Assembly: GCF_021028975.2 (NCBI RefSeq) | Contig: NC_059430.1 | Location: 44,020,001-44,084,000, forward strand | Origin: Sphaerodactylus townsendi | Taxonomy: Eukaryota | Length of the DNA stretch: 64,000 bases | Reading direction: 5' to 3' | Shown here: positions 1 to 12,265 of the stretch, piece by piece | Layout: every line of letters starts with the position of its first letter | Numbering within the stretch: position 1 is the first letter of the stretch | Translations under genes and position numbers: made by a program | The notes under the pieces: model-generated | The model's database searches: none | The model's input: only the letters and a program-made list of their open reading frames with translations | What the model was told of the DNA's origin: nothing

Positions 1-556
1 ACGAGGATGATTGAGGGACTGGAGCACCTTCCTTATGAGGAGAGGCTGCAGCGTTTGGGACTCTTTAGTTTGGAGAGGAGACGTGGGGGGGGGATATGAT
101 TGAAGTCTATAAAATTATGGATGGGGTAGAAAATGTTGACAGAGAGAACTTTTTCTCTCTTTCTCACAATTTTAGAACCAGGGGGCATTCATTGAAAATA
201 CTGGGGGGAAGAATTAGGACTAATAAAAGGAAACACTTCTTCATGCAACGTGTGATTGGTGTTTGGAATATGCTGCCACAGGAGGTGGTGATGGCCACTA
301 ACCTGGATAGCTTTAAAAAGGGCTTGGACAGATTTATGGAGGAGAAGTCGATCTATGGCTACCAATCTTGATCCTCCTTGATCTCAGATTGCAAATGCCT
401 TAGCAGACTAGGTGCTCAGGAGCAGCAGCAGCAGGCCATTGCTTTCACATCCTGCACATGAGCTCCCAAAGGCACCTGGTGAGCCACTGCGAGTAGCAGA
501 GTGCTGGACTAGATGGATTCTGGTCTGATCCAGCAGGCTAGTTCTTATGTTCTTAG
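1..556 (+). mobile_element. CR1/L3-type LINE 3' end (ORF2 C-terminus, 3' UTR, TTCTTATG tail)
   Basis: ORF 96-371 (IEVYKIM...RTRGHSLK...RVIGVWNMLPQEVV...SFKKGLDRFM) is the typical CR1 ORF2 C-terminus. It ends in gttcttatgttctta, and near-identical copies lie at about 4950 and 19890. Confidence 0.92.
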
Positions 557-1789
557 TCTCTTCATTCTACTATTTCTTATTCAATCATTGGAAATAAAGA
601 ATGGAGAGTTTAAAAAACCCCTCTGTTTCGTGAGCCTGCTCTTCACTCTGCTGCCAATCAGCAACAACCCAAAGAAATGCATTTTTATCCTACACTTTTT
701 ATCCTATCCTTCTTTTATGAAACTCAGAGCAGGGAATATTGTTCTCCCTAATCATACGAACAAATTTTATAGCCACAACAAGTCTGTGAGGTAGACAAGA
801 GAATTACTGACCAAAGATCACCCAATATGCATTATGGCAGATTAATAAATGACCACAGGTCCTCCCAATTCATAGTCCACAACTCTAACCACTACACTGT
901 ACAGGAACACACCCCACACATTTTCAACCCTATATTAAAGAAAGAAGTTATTTGAGTTATCTCCTTCCTATTCCCACATAATTATACTATAATTGCGTTC
1001 ATTTTGGGGGACCTGTCTGCATGGACATCAAGCACCACAGTATGCTAATAAGTTTAAAAATTGCTAATTTCTCACTGAAGTTAACAATTACTTTATTTTG
1101 TATTTATTATGACATTTGTACTCTGCCTTTCTGCCCTTAAAAGCTAACAGTTTAAAACATACACATTTTAAAGCCATTAAAATCAGCCCTGCCCTCACCC
1201 CACACGCAAGACAGACTTACAATCTAGCATTTTTCCAATTAGAAAGTTAATAAGGCTGGACATATACTGCCTGAAAACATACAGAGCATTGCCTGATCTG
1301 CCATAGACAATTTCTCAGACCTGTCTTTAAGTAAGGCAGCTCCAGAATTTTACCATCTGGAAGCAATTTGATTCCTGAAGGAATTGTCAACTCGGGGCAG
1401 CTAAATGCTGGATAAGATAATACTTTCATGCAACATTGAGAAACCATGTACATATAAAGCAAGTCCAGCTAACGTGTCATCTATATAGTATATAATAGCT
1501 TATGTGCTTCAAGCATCATCCACAAGATTTTTAAAGGCAACCACTATATGCCTCCATTTTATGAAAGATACTAGATTTTTATCTAAGCTGAAATCTTAGG
1601 TTTCTGTCTGATCTATACTTCACACACACACTCCTAACAAGTATTTCTGTCCCAATTTCTTTTCCTGCATTGTGCAATTAAGAGAAAACAAAATGAACTG
1701 TTCAATCTTACACAACATTCTACAAGTCTTGGACCACCTCTCTCCACTGAACCCTCTACTGATCTTACAGAAATTCTCTGAGCACTTAC

Positions 1790-1853
1790 GAGCTTGATCG
1801 GTGGGATTCATGAACTTCCCACTCTTGGTGGAAGACGTTGACCTCCGTCCCAT
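1790..1853 (-). CDS. WBP11: WW domain-binding protein 11, first coding exon (whole exon 1790-1900); remaining exons not seen, presumably left of the window
   Basis: Encodes MGRRSTSSTKSGKFMNPTDQA(R), the conserved WBP11 N-terminus. There are 64 coding nt, a GTAAGT donor at 1789-1784 and a polypyrimidine/CAG acceptor at 1901-1903. Confidence 0.96.
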
Positions 1854-2479
1854 TTTGACTGTTTACTTCTTTCTCAGGTCCGCTGATTAACATTAGAAGA
1901 CTGAGGGGAAAAAACACAGCTTGGCATCATGCCACTCTTAATACAGAATGTATATTGCCAGTTACTGATCTTCTCCGTACCGCCAATATACACACCCAGC
2001 AAAGGCAACTCATGATATTTGCAAGGAAGCCTCAACCTTTTCTGATCCTGGAGGCACCTTTGGAGTTCTGGCACAGCCAGATACTAACTGCAGCCTCAGC
2101 TTGCCTTTCATCATACAGTAGTGTAGTGGTGCCAGCTAGTGCCAAAGCATTATTTTTAAAAACTGCTTAACCAAATCTCCAATGGCCAATCAGCAAAAGA
2201 TCCACCAGCCCCCTCCCACTTTCTAAAAACACTTATGAGCACCACAAAAGGTGTCAGAAAGCACCATGGCATTCATGAGCACCACATGGGGTCTCTGATG
2301 TATTCAGGAGCCATGAACACAATAAGGTATTCATAGATGACATAGCAATGACACAAAAACTACAATTACAGTGCCATAAAACTTTTTCCCACTTTTGCTT
2401 ACATTCTTTTCAATTACAATTACACCCTTGGCTTTGACAATTAATATCAATTGACCTTAATGCTGGCCGCACACCTTCA

Positions 2480-3260
2480 GGTCACAGATATAACAGTGCA
2501 TACGCGCAGACACCCAACACAATTTGAAATTATTTATAAATGGGAGGGGGGAACTCAGTATGAATGACTTCGATAACGTAACAAGGATGAAAAAGAGACC
2601 CGAGAAGAGCGAACTGGAAGGAGAGTTGAGTAAGGGTGGGGGGACGGCCTCCAAGTGAAAGTTTTCCCCCTCTAGCCACTCACCCCGTGCTGCTGACGCT
2701 GAGATTAGAGCGAGAGCACCAGCCAAACTAGAAGGCCCTACAGAAGCCGCTTCTCCCAGTGAGCTCCCGCCACCGCCGCCATCTTGAAAAGCCGCGCGAC
2801 CTCGCTGCAAAAAAGCATAAAATAGTAGAGCAGACACAGGATAGACTTCCGGTAGAAATTGACCTTTGGCGTTCGCTACATTCCGTCGCTCTAGGCCTTG
2901 CCATCTCCATGGTCAAACCCCAGTATCTTTGGCCTGGGTGGATTTGAATGGGAGACCAAGTCGTTTTTTACGACGGAAGTACGTAAAAAGGGATTGCGGC
3001 AACGCGCATTGTTAGTAGTTTGGTGTCGCTACGGCAACATCGTAGCGCGCTCTGGGCTGTCATGGAGTTGAAAAGTGAGCTTGCTCTTTAAATTGCCTAA
3101 GGCAAGCAGTCCCCTCCCCCTCTATCATTAGACCAGAGAAGGGGGTCTGTTGGGAAAAACCGAAGGGAAGAAGTGTGAGCGAGCGAGTCATGTTGGGTTT
3201 GCAGAAGCCGAGGGAGAGGTGTAAGAACGGGGGCAAGGAATCTCTTGTGTGCTGATTACA
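2480..3260. promoter_or_regulatory. CpG-island bidirectional promoter (WBP11 / C12orf60)
   Basis: Locally CpG-rich. It carries a YY1 motif and ETS/GABPA motifs ACTTCCGG (about 2844-2851) and CGGAAGT (about 2974-2980). The head-to-head arrangement matches mammals, and there is a candidate plus-strand donor GT|GTAAGA at 3221. Confidence 0.75.
2684..2830 (-). other. WBP11: Probable non-coding exon 1 of WBP11 (5' boundary approximate)
   Basis: GGG|GTGAGT donor at 2683-2678 inside the CpG island, with a YY1-type motif CAAGATGGCGGC on the minus strand at about 2775-2786. Confidence 0.7.
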
Positions 3261-3529
3261 GACCAGAAATCGCAGTACCTTTTAGTCATTCACATTTCTT
3301 TCTTTTTTTCGGCTTCAGGAATAAATGTCTGTGTTTTACCGAGAAGGGAATTGTTATAGCTTTCAATCCTGATTCAGTTTGTACTGCTAAAAGTTGCAGT
3401 CATACCAAAAAGTGTGCTGGTATGAAATACACACGCATCTTTGCCCTCATTGGCTCTTAAAATAATCCTTCTACTAGGTATCTACACTAATGTAATGTAA
3501 CAACCCTTTTAAATTGTTTGCTATCACTT

Positions 3530-3770
3530 ATGCTATCCTGACCTGGATAGCCCAGGTGAATCTGATTTCAGAAACTTAAGTAGTGTTGGCCCTGGTTAGT
3601 TATTTGGATGGGAGACGACAAGGAAAATCCAGGGTTGCAATGCAGAGGCAGATAACAAAAACCAACTTCTGAATTACTCTTGCCTTAAAAACTCTATGGG
3701 GTTGTCATTGTTGCACAGTGCAGCTACTTGATGCACAGTTACACAGTGCAGCTACTTGATGGCACTTTTC
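3530..3770 (+). mobile_element. 5S-rRNA-derived SINE (SINE3/5S-Sauria-like)
   Basis: Head resembles 5S rRNA (ggccctggttagttatttggatgggagac), followed by a Sauria/BovB-like tail (tcttgccttaaaaactctatggggttg). Confidence 0.7.
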
Positions 3771-4790
3771 AGTATTACCTAGTGAACAGGAGGGAGAAAC
3801 CTAGTGAACAGGAAGGAGAAAACGAATATCACATACTAGTGATAATAATGTTCTATTTATAACCCACCTTCTGCCTACAAAGGCAGGGCTCAGGGTGGTT
3901 CACACACAATTTAAAATACATCAGTAATTTATAAAACCAATAAAATATATAAATTAGATAAACACAAGGCATACTGCACCTCTGAATAAATTTCAAATAA
4001 CCAGCCAAATCTTTGACTGCAAGTCTCTGTTCTATCAGTAATTGTACCACATGGCAATAAATGTGATTTCAATCAGATTAAAAATTGGAATTAATATGAA
4101 CTTTAATAATCATTGTACTGATGGGATGCCTCTTTCATCAGTTCTGCCGTTGTGAAGAATGGCGCTTGCAGACAATTTTCTATAGATCGACATGAAAAAT
4201 ATATCGGAGAGTTGCATAACACACACAAGAACTCGAAGAGTAAAGGGTTCCAACTCTGAAAGATGATCTTGCTATCTTTTAGTTTAGTCTAGTTCATCTT
4301 GTCAGGCTATTCCCCTTAAGTGCCTATGAGGTCATTGCCATGTCCTTTGTATCATGCAGATTACCCACCACACAAGCCTCTGTTAAGTCACCATTTGCAC
4401 TACTCCAGGTAGCAGCAGCACAAGACTAAACAAAGCTGCAACTGCCCTTTTGTTTCCTGTTGGACATTGCCTTCTTTCTCTTCCCCTTTCAAGGACCCAT
4501 AGTAAGGTGAAAACAATCTGTGCCTGGGATTTTTTAAATTTTGTTTAATGCTGGATAGTTATGATCTAATACAAAGCCTGTTTGTCCCTGCAAAAAAAAA
4601 GTTATGTGATTTAGTGCATCTACTTATGACACTATCACTGCTTATGCATTGATTTTCTGTCCCTTTTCTAGGCACCAGTTGTGTTCACATGAACCTATAT
4701 TTATGCTCTCAGTAAAATTTCCCTTCGACTGTTTTATGTTATATATTGTTTAGTCATTTTTAATTTGCTGTAGCTATCTGGTAGGGAAGG

Positions 4791-5275
4791 AAGGTGGCAT
4801 GGTATAGCCAAGCCTTGTCAGATCTCAGAAGTTAAGCAGTGTCAGAATTTAGAAGGGAGACCACTGAGGAAGGCTCTGCAAAGGAAGACAATGGCAAACC
4901 ACTTCTCCTTCCCAACTTCCTTGAAAGTCCTTTGCTCGGGTCACCATAAGCTGCCACAGGAGGTGGTGATGGCCACTAACCTGGATAGCTTTAAAAGGGG
5001 CTTGGACAGATTTATGGAGGAGAAGTCGATCTATGGCTACCAATCTTGATCCTCCTTGATCTCAGATTGCAAATGCCTTAGCAGACCAGGTGCTCAGCAG
5101 CAGCAGCAGCAGAAGGCCATTGCTTTCACATCCTGCATGTGAGCTCCCAAAGGCACCTGGTGGGCCACTGCGAGTAGCAGAGTGCTGGACTAGATGGACT
5201 CTGGGTCTAATCCAGCAGGCTAGTTCTTATGTTCTTAAGTTCTTATGACTGCAACTTGACAGCACTTTACACACG
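4791..5275 (+). mobile_element. 5S-derived SINE interrupted by a truncated CR1 3' end (about 4950-5247)
   Basis: The SINE head (gtcagatctcagaagttaagcag...gggagacc) runs to ggtcaccataag. A CR1 tail nearly identical to 273-556 follows, and the SINE tail then resumes (gcaacttgacagcactttacacac). Confidence 0.8.
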
Positions 5276-5277
5276 TA

Positions 5278-5733
5278 GGCCGCCATTCGCACAGGGGGCG
5301 CAGCTGCTTCGCAGCCGCACTGCCCTCGCGCCGCCCGCCCGGCGCCGAGCCAGCGTTTTCAGAGTGCTCTGGGAAGCGCACTTTTCTGAAAACGCCGGCT
5401 GGAAGCCGCTGCCATGCGAATGGCAGCGGCTTCCTGGCGCTTCCCCCCCCCCCCTGCCTTCACTCACCTGCTCTCCGGCCCCTCCGGTGCGTTGCCGGGG
5501 CCTGGGGACACGCCCCCCTGCTCTGCGACACGGAAGCAGGCGCGCAGGGCAGGGAAGGCGTGTCCCCAGGCCCCAGCGACGCACCGGAGAGCAGGTGGGT
5601 CGACCGGGCGATGGCACCCAGCGGCGGCGTCTTCCCGGTTCTTTCTGGGACCATCCATGCGGACGGTCCCAGTGTCGTCGGGTCAGCGTCAGAAACGCCG
5701 ACCCAAGCCCTTCCACTTCCGTGCGGAAAGAGC
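5278..5733. mobile_element. GC-rich non-autonomous DNA element, Harbinger-like, with an internal hairpin
   Basis: Degenerate terminal inverted repeats (ccattcgcac / gtgcggaaagagcc) and a long internal inverted repeat at about 5466-5597. A related copy lies at about 23400-23860. Confidence 0.6.
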
Positions 5734-6617
5734 CAGAGAGAACTCCATGGGTTGTTTTTTTCTTTTGTTTGTAGCAAAAATTCTAATAAAAGTCATTTTA
5801 AAAGAAATGTATTAAGCTAATATGCTTCTATTTGTACAATCCGGGGGAGGGACGTTGTAAACACAGAAAGGATTGTATCGGCACCTCTGCCACCAGCACC
5901 ATGCAAAGTGACATGGACGCTGGCACAGAGGGACTAACCTTAGCAGCTGGCCATCGCAGGACCCAAACCCAGATGTTTGGCCCTGTGGCAGCAGGTCTCC
6001 ACTGCGACAGCCTCTGCTGCATGGAGGGGATGTGGAGGGGGCATTCCCAGGGGCAGAGCAAACTTTAGTCAACTCCTATAGGACTTTTGACTTGGAAACA
6101 CCCCCTAAGCCAGAAGCCAACTTAAGCCATCCAAAAGTGTTGCGTTAAGTCAGTGTCCCCAAAGGGATTTTTCAGACGGCCGGGATTAAAAAAAAAATCC
6201 CCCTATCCACACCACCTAAAACCCCATTGGAGCCAGCGTGGGTGCTCTGGCACAGCCGCTACTCTACCATGCACACTCCTTTGGATCGGGCTATATGCGT
6301 TCTCCCTTTTTGGACGTAACAGTGTGTATCCAGCCAGTCATTAATATTGCAGAGTGGGACTTCTACTTCCTTATACTAAATTCCATTTCCCCCCATTTTG
6401 CTCCTGGGGATCAGCAAAATAAAGACTTACATTTGAAGGGGAAATTGGAAGAAATTGTTTGTTTCCACAAATGCTGTTCTGTCAGGGGAAATGTGTGGTT
6501 AGATACATGCCACTAATATAGTCACACTGGCTATACTCTGTCTCATCAAAAGAAAAAACCAAAAATTTGCCACATGCTGGACCATCGTTGTTTGAGATGC
6601 TCCCTAACAGAACATTC

Positions 6618-6876
6618 NNNNNNNNNNNNNNNNNNNNNNNNNNNNNNNNNNNNNNNNNNNNNNNNNNNNNNNNNNNNNNNNNNNNNNNNNNNNNNNNNNN
6701 NNNNNNNNNNNNNNNNNNNNNNNNNNNNNNNNNNNNNNNNNNNNNNNNNNNNNNNNNNNNNNNNNNNNNNNNNNNNNNNNNNNNNNNNNNNNNNNNNNNN
6801 NNNNNNNNNNNNNNNNNNNNNNNNNNNNNNNNNNNNNNNNNNNNNNNNNNNNNNNNNNNNNNNNNNNNNNNNNNNN
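6618..6876. other. Assembly gap (N run)
   Basis: Run of Ns. Confidence 1.
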
Positions 6877-7966
6877 TGCAAAGGGAAAAGACAATACCAG
6901 AAAAGCTGACTCTGATATTATCCTCACTATTTGAAGTTCTGAAGCATATCTGGAGCTCCACATATGAGCAAGTCTTCCTACATGAGCAAGTATTTCTACA
7001 GTGTCAATTGACCAATTTATTGGAATGAGGAAACCCTGACTAATCTTCCTGTGCCCATCAGAACCTTGGTGTTTGTGTCAGAGTTTGTGGACTGGTCTGC
7101 TGTATTTATTGTGAGACAGTAAAATAAGAATATCCTTAGAGATGTTTGATGTATGCACCTACTCTGTGTAATGTTTATATGTAAAGTGTAAGTTTTATTA
7201 ATGTTTGCTGTATAAATATTGTTTCTAAGTAAAAAATATTTTATTATTTGACCCTAGGTTGATTTTAGATGGAATATAGACCAATGGAATAAATATGAAA
7301 AGTCAGGTAGGAAAATCATAATTCGTTCTGTATATATAATTATTTGTCTGAAATTAAAGAGGCAAACCACAATATATTAGGACAAGGAGATTTGCATTTA
7401 AATGTGAACAATTTGTATCCCATTTCAAAATCTTGCCATTTAATTTTATTACATTTCATGCAAAACTTATTACAATGGATAAACTTTCATTTTTTTCAAA
7501 TTGCCAGCCTTTGTTTCACATTAAAAAGAGAAAAGTGTAAATGCCCTAGCCATTTCCAATATATCTAAATAACATATGTGATGACTGGGAGGCTGCTTTT
7601 GTACTTTCTAAATGCTCCGCGGCTTAGCTGGGGAGCGTACGTGCTGCGGGGCTTCTCACCCTGCTTGTGGTTCTCCACTGCTGCCCAACTCTTTCCTTCT
7701 CTCCAGTCAGGGGTGGTGAGAGAAGCCCAGAATGGTTCCCCACGAGCCAGGAGCTTTCCCATAAGCACCACTTAAGCACCGCGAGCTCTTCCACACCTCT
7801 TTCACGCATGCATGGGCAGCCTCCATTCCCTGTGTTCGGATTGGCTGAATCTTGCCTGATTCCCCCCACACACTTTCACTATTTTAGTTTTGAACACAAA
7901 ACAGGTGCTGAGAATCAGTGCTGTCCTCCCCCCCCCCCCCACCAGAAATCCTTGCATGTGCTATGG

Positions 7967-8100
7967 CACAGGTGTCAAACTTGCAGCCCTCCAGATGTTG
8001 TGGACTACAGTTCCCATCATCCCCTGCCAGCATCATGCTGGTAGGGATCATGGGAACTGTAGTCCATAACATCTGGAGGGCTGCGAGTTTGACACCTGTG
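7967..8100. mobile_element. Palindromic hAT MITE (134 bp)
   Basis: TIRs CACAGGTGTCAAAC / GTTTGACACCTGTG, near-complete foldback, and a perfect 8-bp TSD TGCTATGG. Confidence 0.92.
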
Positions 8101-11100
8101 TGCTATGGGATTGCCATCCTCCACCCCCACCCCCCTCTAAAATCTAAATCTAAAATCCTTGTGTGCGCAAGGTTTCTCCCTCCTTTCTAAAAACCAAGGT
8201 TTCTCCCTCCGTTTTTTTTTCACTGCAAGGGGAGGCTCCGCTTCTCAGCAGCTGTCCATTGGTGGTGGGGCGGGCCAGAGCAGCGAGGCAGGAAAACTGG
8301 CCCGGTTTCTGCTACGGAGGAGTTTTGCACTGCAGTGGAAGCCTCCAGAGCAACAAAGGGGCATTTCAAAAGGACCTCAACCTTTGCCATTCAGGAAATT
8401 CACGGAGCAAAGCCATTGCTGAGGGGTGGCTCCGGGGCAGAAACTTGGGAGTCACACTGCAGCACCAGGGGCAGTCCACAAAACTCCCGATTACATTGGG
8501 ACATTCTTCGTGCCAACAAAGGGGCAATTTCGATGTGCAAAATCGGCTTAACAATCTATTCACCAAATCTCTTTCATAATGGCATTAGAGAGATATCTGC
8601 AGTTGGTACCAGCACCTGTAGACCTCTTTTAGAGGAAACACTTAATTCACTGTAATATTTGGTAGCATGTTACAAGTGGGGACCTCCAAGGACTTACAGG
8701 CAACATCTCCTTTTCCCTTCCTTCATTATTTCCTCTTTCCCTTTCCTGAATGCCCCTGTTTGTGTGTGTCTCTGTATGCTGTCAATTCACAGTTGACTCA
8801 TGGGCACCCCATAGGATTTTCTAGGCAAAGGACATTCAGGGATGGTTTGCCATTGCCTCTCTCTGCATGGGCCGAGAGAGTTCTGAGAGAATGTATAACT
8901 GCCCCAAGGTCACCCAGTAGGCTTAGGGGTAAGAAGGAAGCAGAAAAAGGACAGTGTGTATGGGGGGCTGCCTTTTCCCTGCTTTCTTCTTACCTATCAG
9001 ATAACCTATCATTATCTACCTCCCCACCACCACCATCACCACCCAGTCTTCAGCTTTTCTTTATTCCCTCTCCCTGACAGCTTCTCTCTGGGCAAAGTCT
9101 AGTTGAGTTCGCTAGTGTCATGCCCAGTTGTGTAGATAGTGAGTCTCCAGTGGCCACCACATGGCCTATTGAGTTCTTATCCATCAGGGGACATGACACA
9201 TAGTTGCTATTGTTTTGGGGAGTTTTAATCACCCAATGTATTTTTTAAAGATTTCATATTTTTTTGCAATTCCAGGACTTCACCTGATTAGTAGAGAAAT
9301 CCCCTTATCTGTCCCTAAGCTCCATTTTGTGGATATATTAATCATATCGTCTATGATGTTCACAATTCGATTTATTGATTTTCTTGGCTTATTAGAAGAA
9401 TGATGCACCACATGCTGTCAGAATGGGGTCAGTTACAAATTGAGATGAATAAAATTAACAAAAATAAATTGACAGTGCAGTCCTAAACAGACTTAGAAAG
9501 TATTACACTCTTAAGGATTGCATTATATGTGTGAAAGAGAAGCACTGTGTGATGTTCCTTGCACACAGCACACTGTTGCTTTAAGTGAGGGCAGTAGTGC
9601 TAGCAAGGCCAGGATAATCAGTATTTGTCTGATTATCAGATGTGAATATACCCAGAATGCTACTCTTAAGAGTTCCTCTCTGCTCTCTCCTGTCCCCACA
9701 CCCCATAAGGGAGATGTGCTGTCAACAGTATCTTGCTATTGTAGCATAGACAGATATCTAGAGCTCTTTTTCAACTATGGAATTCTTCTGCAATAAAGGA
9801 TCTGTATTTCTTTTCTAAAGCTACAAGTGTTATGTGAGCTCTATTTCTAATGTTGCTTCATCCTGCCAACAGCATGTGCCTGAAAAAACAAGCTACTGTG
9901 TCCATTATTGAGGCAGTTTTGTCCACTTAATTTGCATATAAACTGATAAAATCCTGTTCATTGCTTGACTACCTTTTGCAGACTAGCCAACCTCAGTGCA
10001 GAATGCTGCATTACTGTATGTGCTGTGACTTTGTTCTGGAAAAACTATTTTGCATCATCATTGTTTTCATTCTAAAGTGAGGAAAATAACTTGTGTTCTT
10101 TCATGGAGCCATGGAAACTTCATAGACTTTAACAGGTTCAGAGCTTGAATTCTATAAAACTATCTTAAAGCTAATGCATAATTGATTTCAGTAGGACTTA
10201 ATGCTATGTACCATACAGATAGTAATATTTGAAATTGAAAGTGTTGACATGCATTGTCAGAAGATTGTTAGTAAAGTATACACCAATCAAAGCACACCAG
10301 TAGTATTACTCTTTCAGAAGTGAGCTATTCTAAATGCCACACTGAATAATAGCTGTCCATTCTTCATGTTTGAAATAAGCTTTTAAATTTCAATGGAAAC
10401 ATAGAAAATGACAGGTAGATTCAGAATCTTCATTAGTCATCTACGCCAACAAGTCATACAGGTTCTTGGAGCAGTGGTCCTCTCTGTTTACCATAGTAGA
10501 AGAATGATCTCATTTCACACACTACGAGATACCTTGAGTGATGCTTTTGAATCCTGCATACATGTGGAGCATTTTGGATTGGATCCAAAGTTCAGTTTTC
10601 AGTAAAGGAACCCAGTTCATCAGAATGGAAATTATCTGCTACTCCTTCCCACTGCAGCTGACTAAAGATAAAGGACTCTCAGGAATGGTGTGAGAGGTGG
10701 ATTGGGGGGTTGCAATCAGAGGAGGAATCAGGAAAAAATTCACTCCTTCCTCTGACAAAAACCAACCTGGATGCTAATTCCCTGCTTTTATGTTAACATT
10801 TGCAAGTGTCTGTCACTACCAGTCATCAAAGTGTTACATGTCTGTTTGTGTATAAACAGGATGTTGAGGTCACATTCTAATGAGCTGACCTTTTGATTAA
10901 CTATTGGCCAGTTTGACAGCCATACCTGAAGTCATTTAGTTAACTTGTTTTCTTTGTTCTCAGACATTCACTCACTCTGACTCTCGGTCCTAGCCATATA
11001 CTGAGGCAATTGTAAAAATGTAACATACAATATAGTATTTATTGTTTTTCTCCATATTGAGCAGCTCAGTAGTATCTGGGTCTTCATTGGTATCTGCTAA

Positions 11101-11123
11101 ACTGTGCTAATAATGTAAATCTG

Positions 11124-11164
<41 letters not shown>
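11124..11164. repeat. (GT)n/(GC)n microsatellite
   Basis: Directly visible. Confidence 0.95.
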
Positions 11165-11586
11165 CAGAGTAGAAATCCTTTTTTTTCCCTGTCACACATC
11201 TACATCACTGTTTGTTCGGTTACATTTGCTACCTATCTGCTGTCTACCATGATGTCTCTACCTTGTGTCTCCTCTCTGGTGCCGTGTCTGCTCAAACAAA
11301 GAAACAGTTAACTTTATAACTTCAGATGTATGTGTTCACTAACATGTAAGCAATGGCTATCTCACTGACCAGTAGCTAATCAGTAGATCAGGTCATAAAC
11401 AGTGACTTCAGCAACTTGTTTACATACAAACAGTTAACCCTTTTATAACTGAGTTGTGACAGACACTTGCAAAATCCCAACAATATCCACCAACGCTTTG
11501 TAGAGACGTATTAATTATAACTGGAACAGGAAAGGTCAGGCTTTCCAGTGTAGTCATCCATAGACAAGAACATGCCTTAGTGCCAC

Positions 11587-12265
11587 TTACTCAGCTTTGT
11601 CTTTCACCAGTGCACTCACTTCATTGATGGCCCATTGATATGTCTCTGAAGCTTCCTTAAATTCAGCCAGATGTTGCTCATAGCTCTGAATACATGCCAG
11701 AAGGTGATCTCTTTCCACTGCTCCCAAGATGGCACGCAGAATTATTTCAATGCCAAGCCCCAGAACACTAATGCCCATTCCTCCAAGAACAGACACCCCA
11801 ATCTGAGCGAGCAGCGCAACTAGTTTGTTAACAGTAACCTTTATAAGGTTTGAGCCTATTAATTTTACAACTATTGCACCTGCACTAGCAGTGGCCTCTC
11901 CAAGAACAATTGAAACAATCTTATGAGCTGTGGCAATTTTTTCCAATTCAGGCTGTTTAATATCATAAAGTTTTTGATATATTCCCGGTGCTAGCTTTTC
12001 CTTCATTTCTTTGTCAAAAATTCCCCAACTTTTGCTGAATATCATTCATGGCTTGTATAATAATGTCACAGTTTTCTTTGATGGAGCCTCTTTCTTTCAT
12101 TTTAATGTGAGTAATTCTGGCCCCCAGGTGTGCGTTCAGTGCGCCAATCAGATCATTGGTTGCCTTACAATTGAGCTGCATACAAGTGAGCAGCTGCTGG
12201 TGCAGGTCAATGACATCCTGGCGCCTCTTTGGATTATTTGGATAGAGAAGATCACTTAAATTCAT
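11587..12265 (-). CDS. SMCO3: Single-pass membrane and coiled-coil domain protein 3; one extra base near 12016-12026 splits it into two ORFs
   Basis: MNLSDLLYPNNPKRRQDV...SIKENCDIIIQA plus EKIATAHKIVSIVLGEATASAG...LLAQIGVSVLGGMGISVLGLGIEIILRAILGAVE...EFKEASETY match SMCO3. The span is 679 nt, which is 225 codons plus stop plus 1 nt. Acceptor AG at 12281-12280, 14 nt before the ATG. Confidence 0.93.

Noticed and set aside
3530-3640. 5S rRNA gene
   Set aside because: The 5S-like head is diverged and fused to a SINE tail, so it is not a functional rRNA gene.
5229-5820. Cluster of long overlapping ORFs (likewise 23236-23889 and 56386-59419)
   Set aside because: These arise from GC-rich or repetitive transposon sequence and have no recognisable protein or splice structure.
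6482-7028. ORFs spanning the N run
   Set aside because: Artefact of the assembly gap.
6470-7045. Weak resemblance to the PCAF/GCN5 N-terminal domain (PEKLTLIL...)
   Set aside because: The match is short, frameshifted and split by an N gap, so it could be chance.
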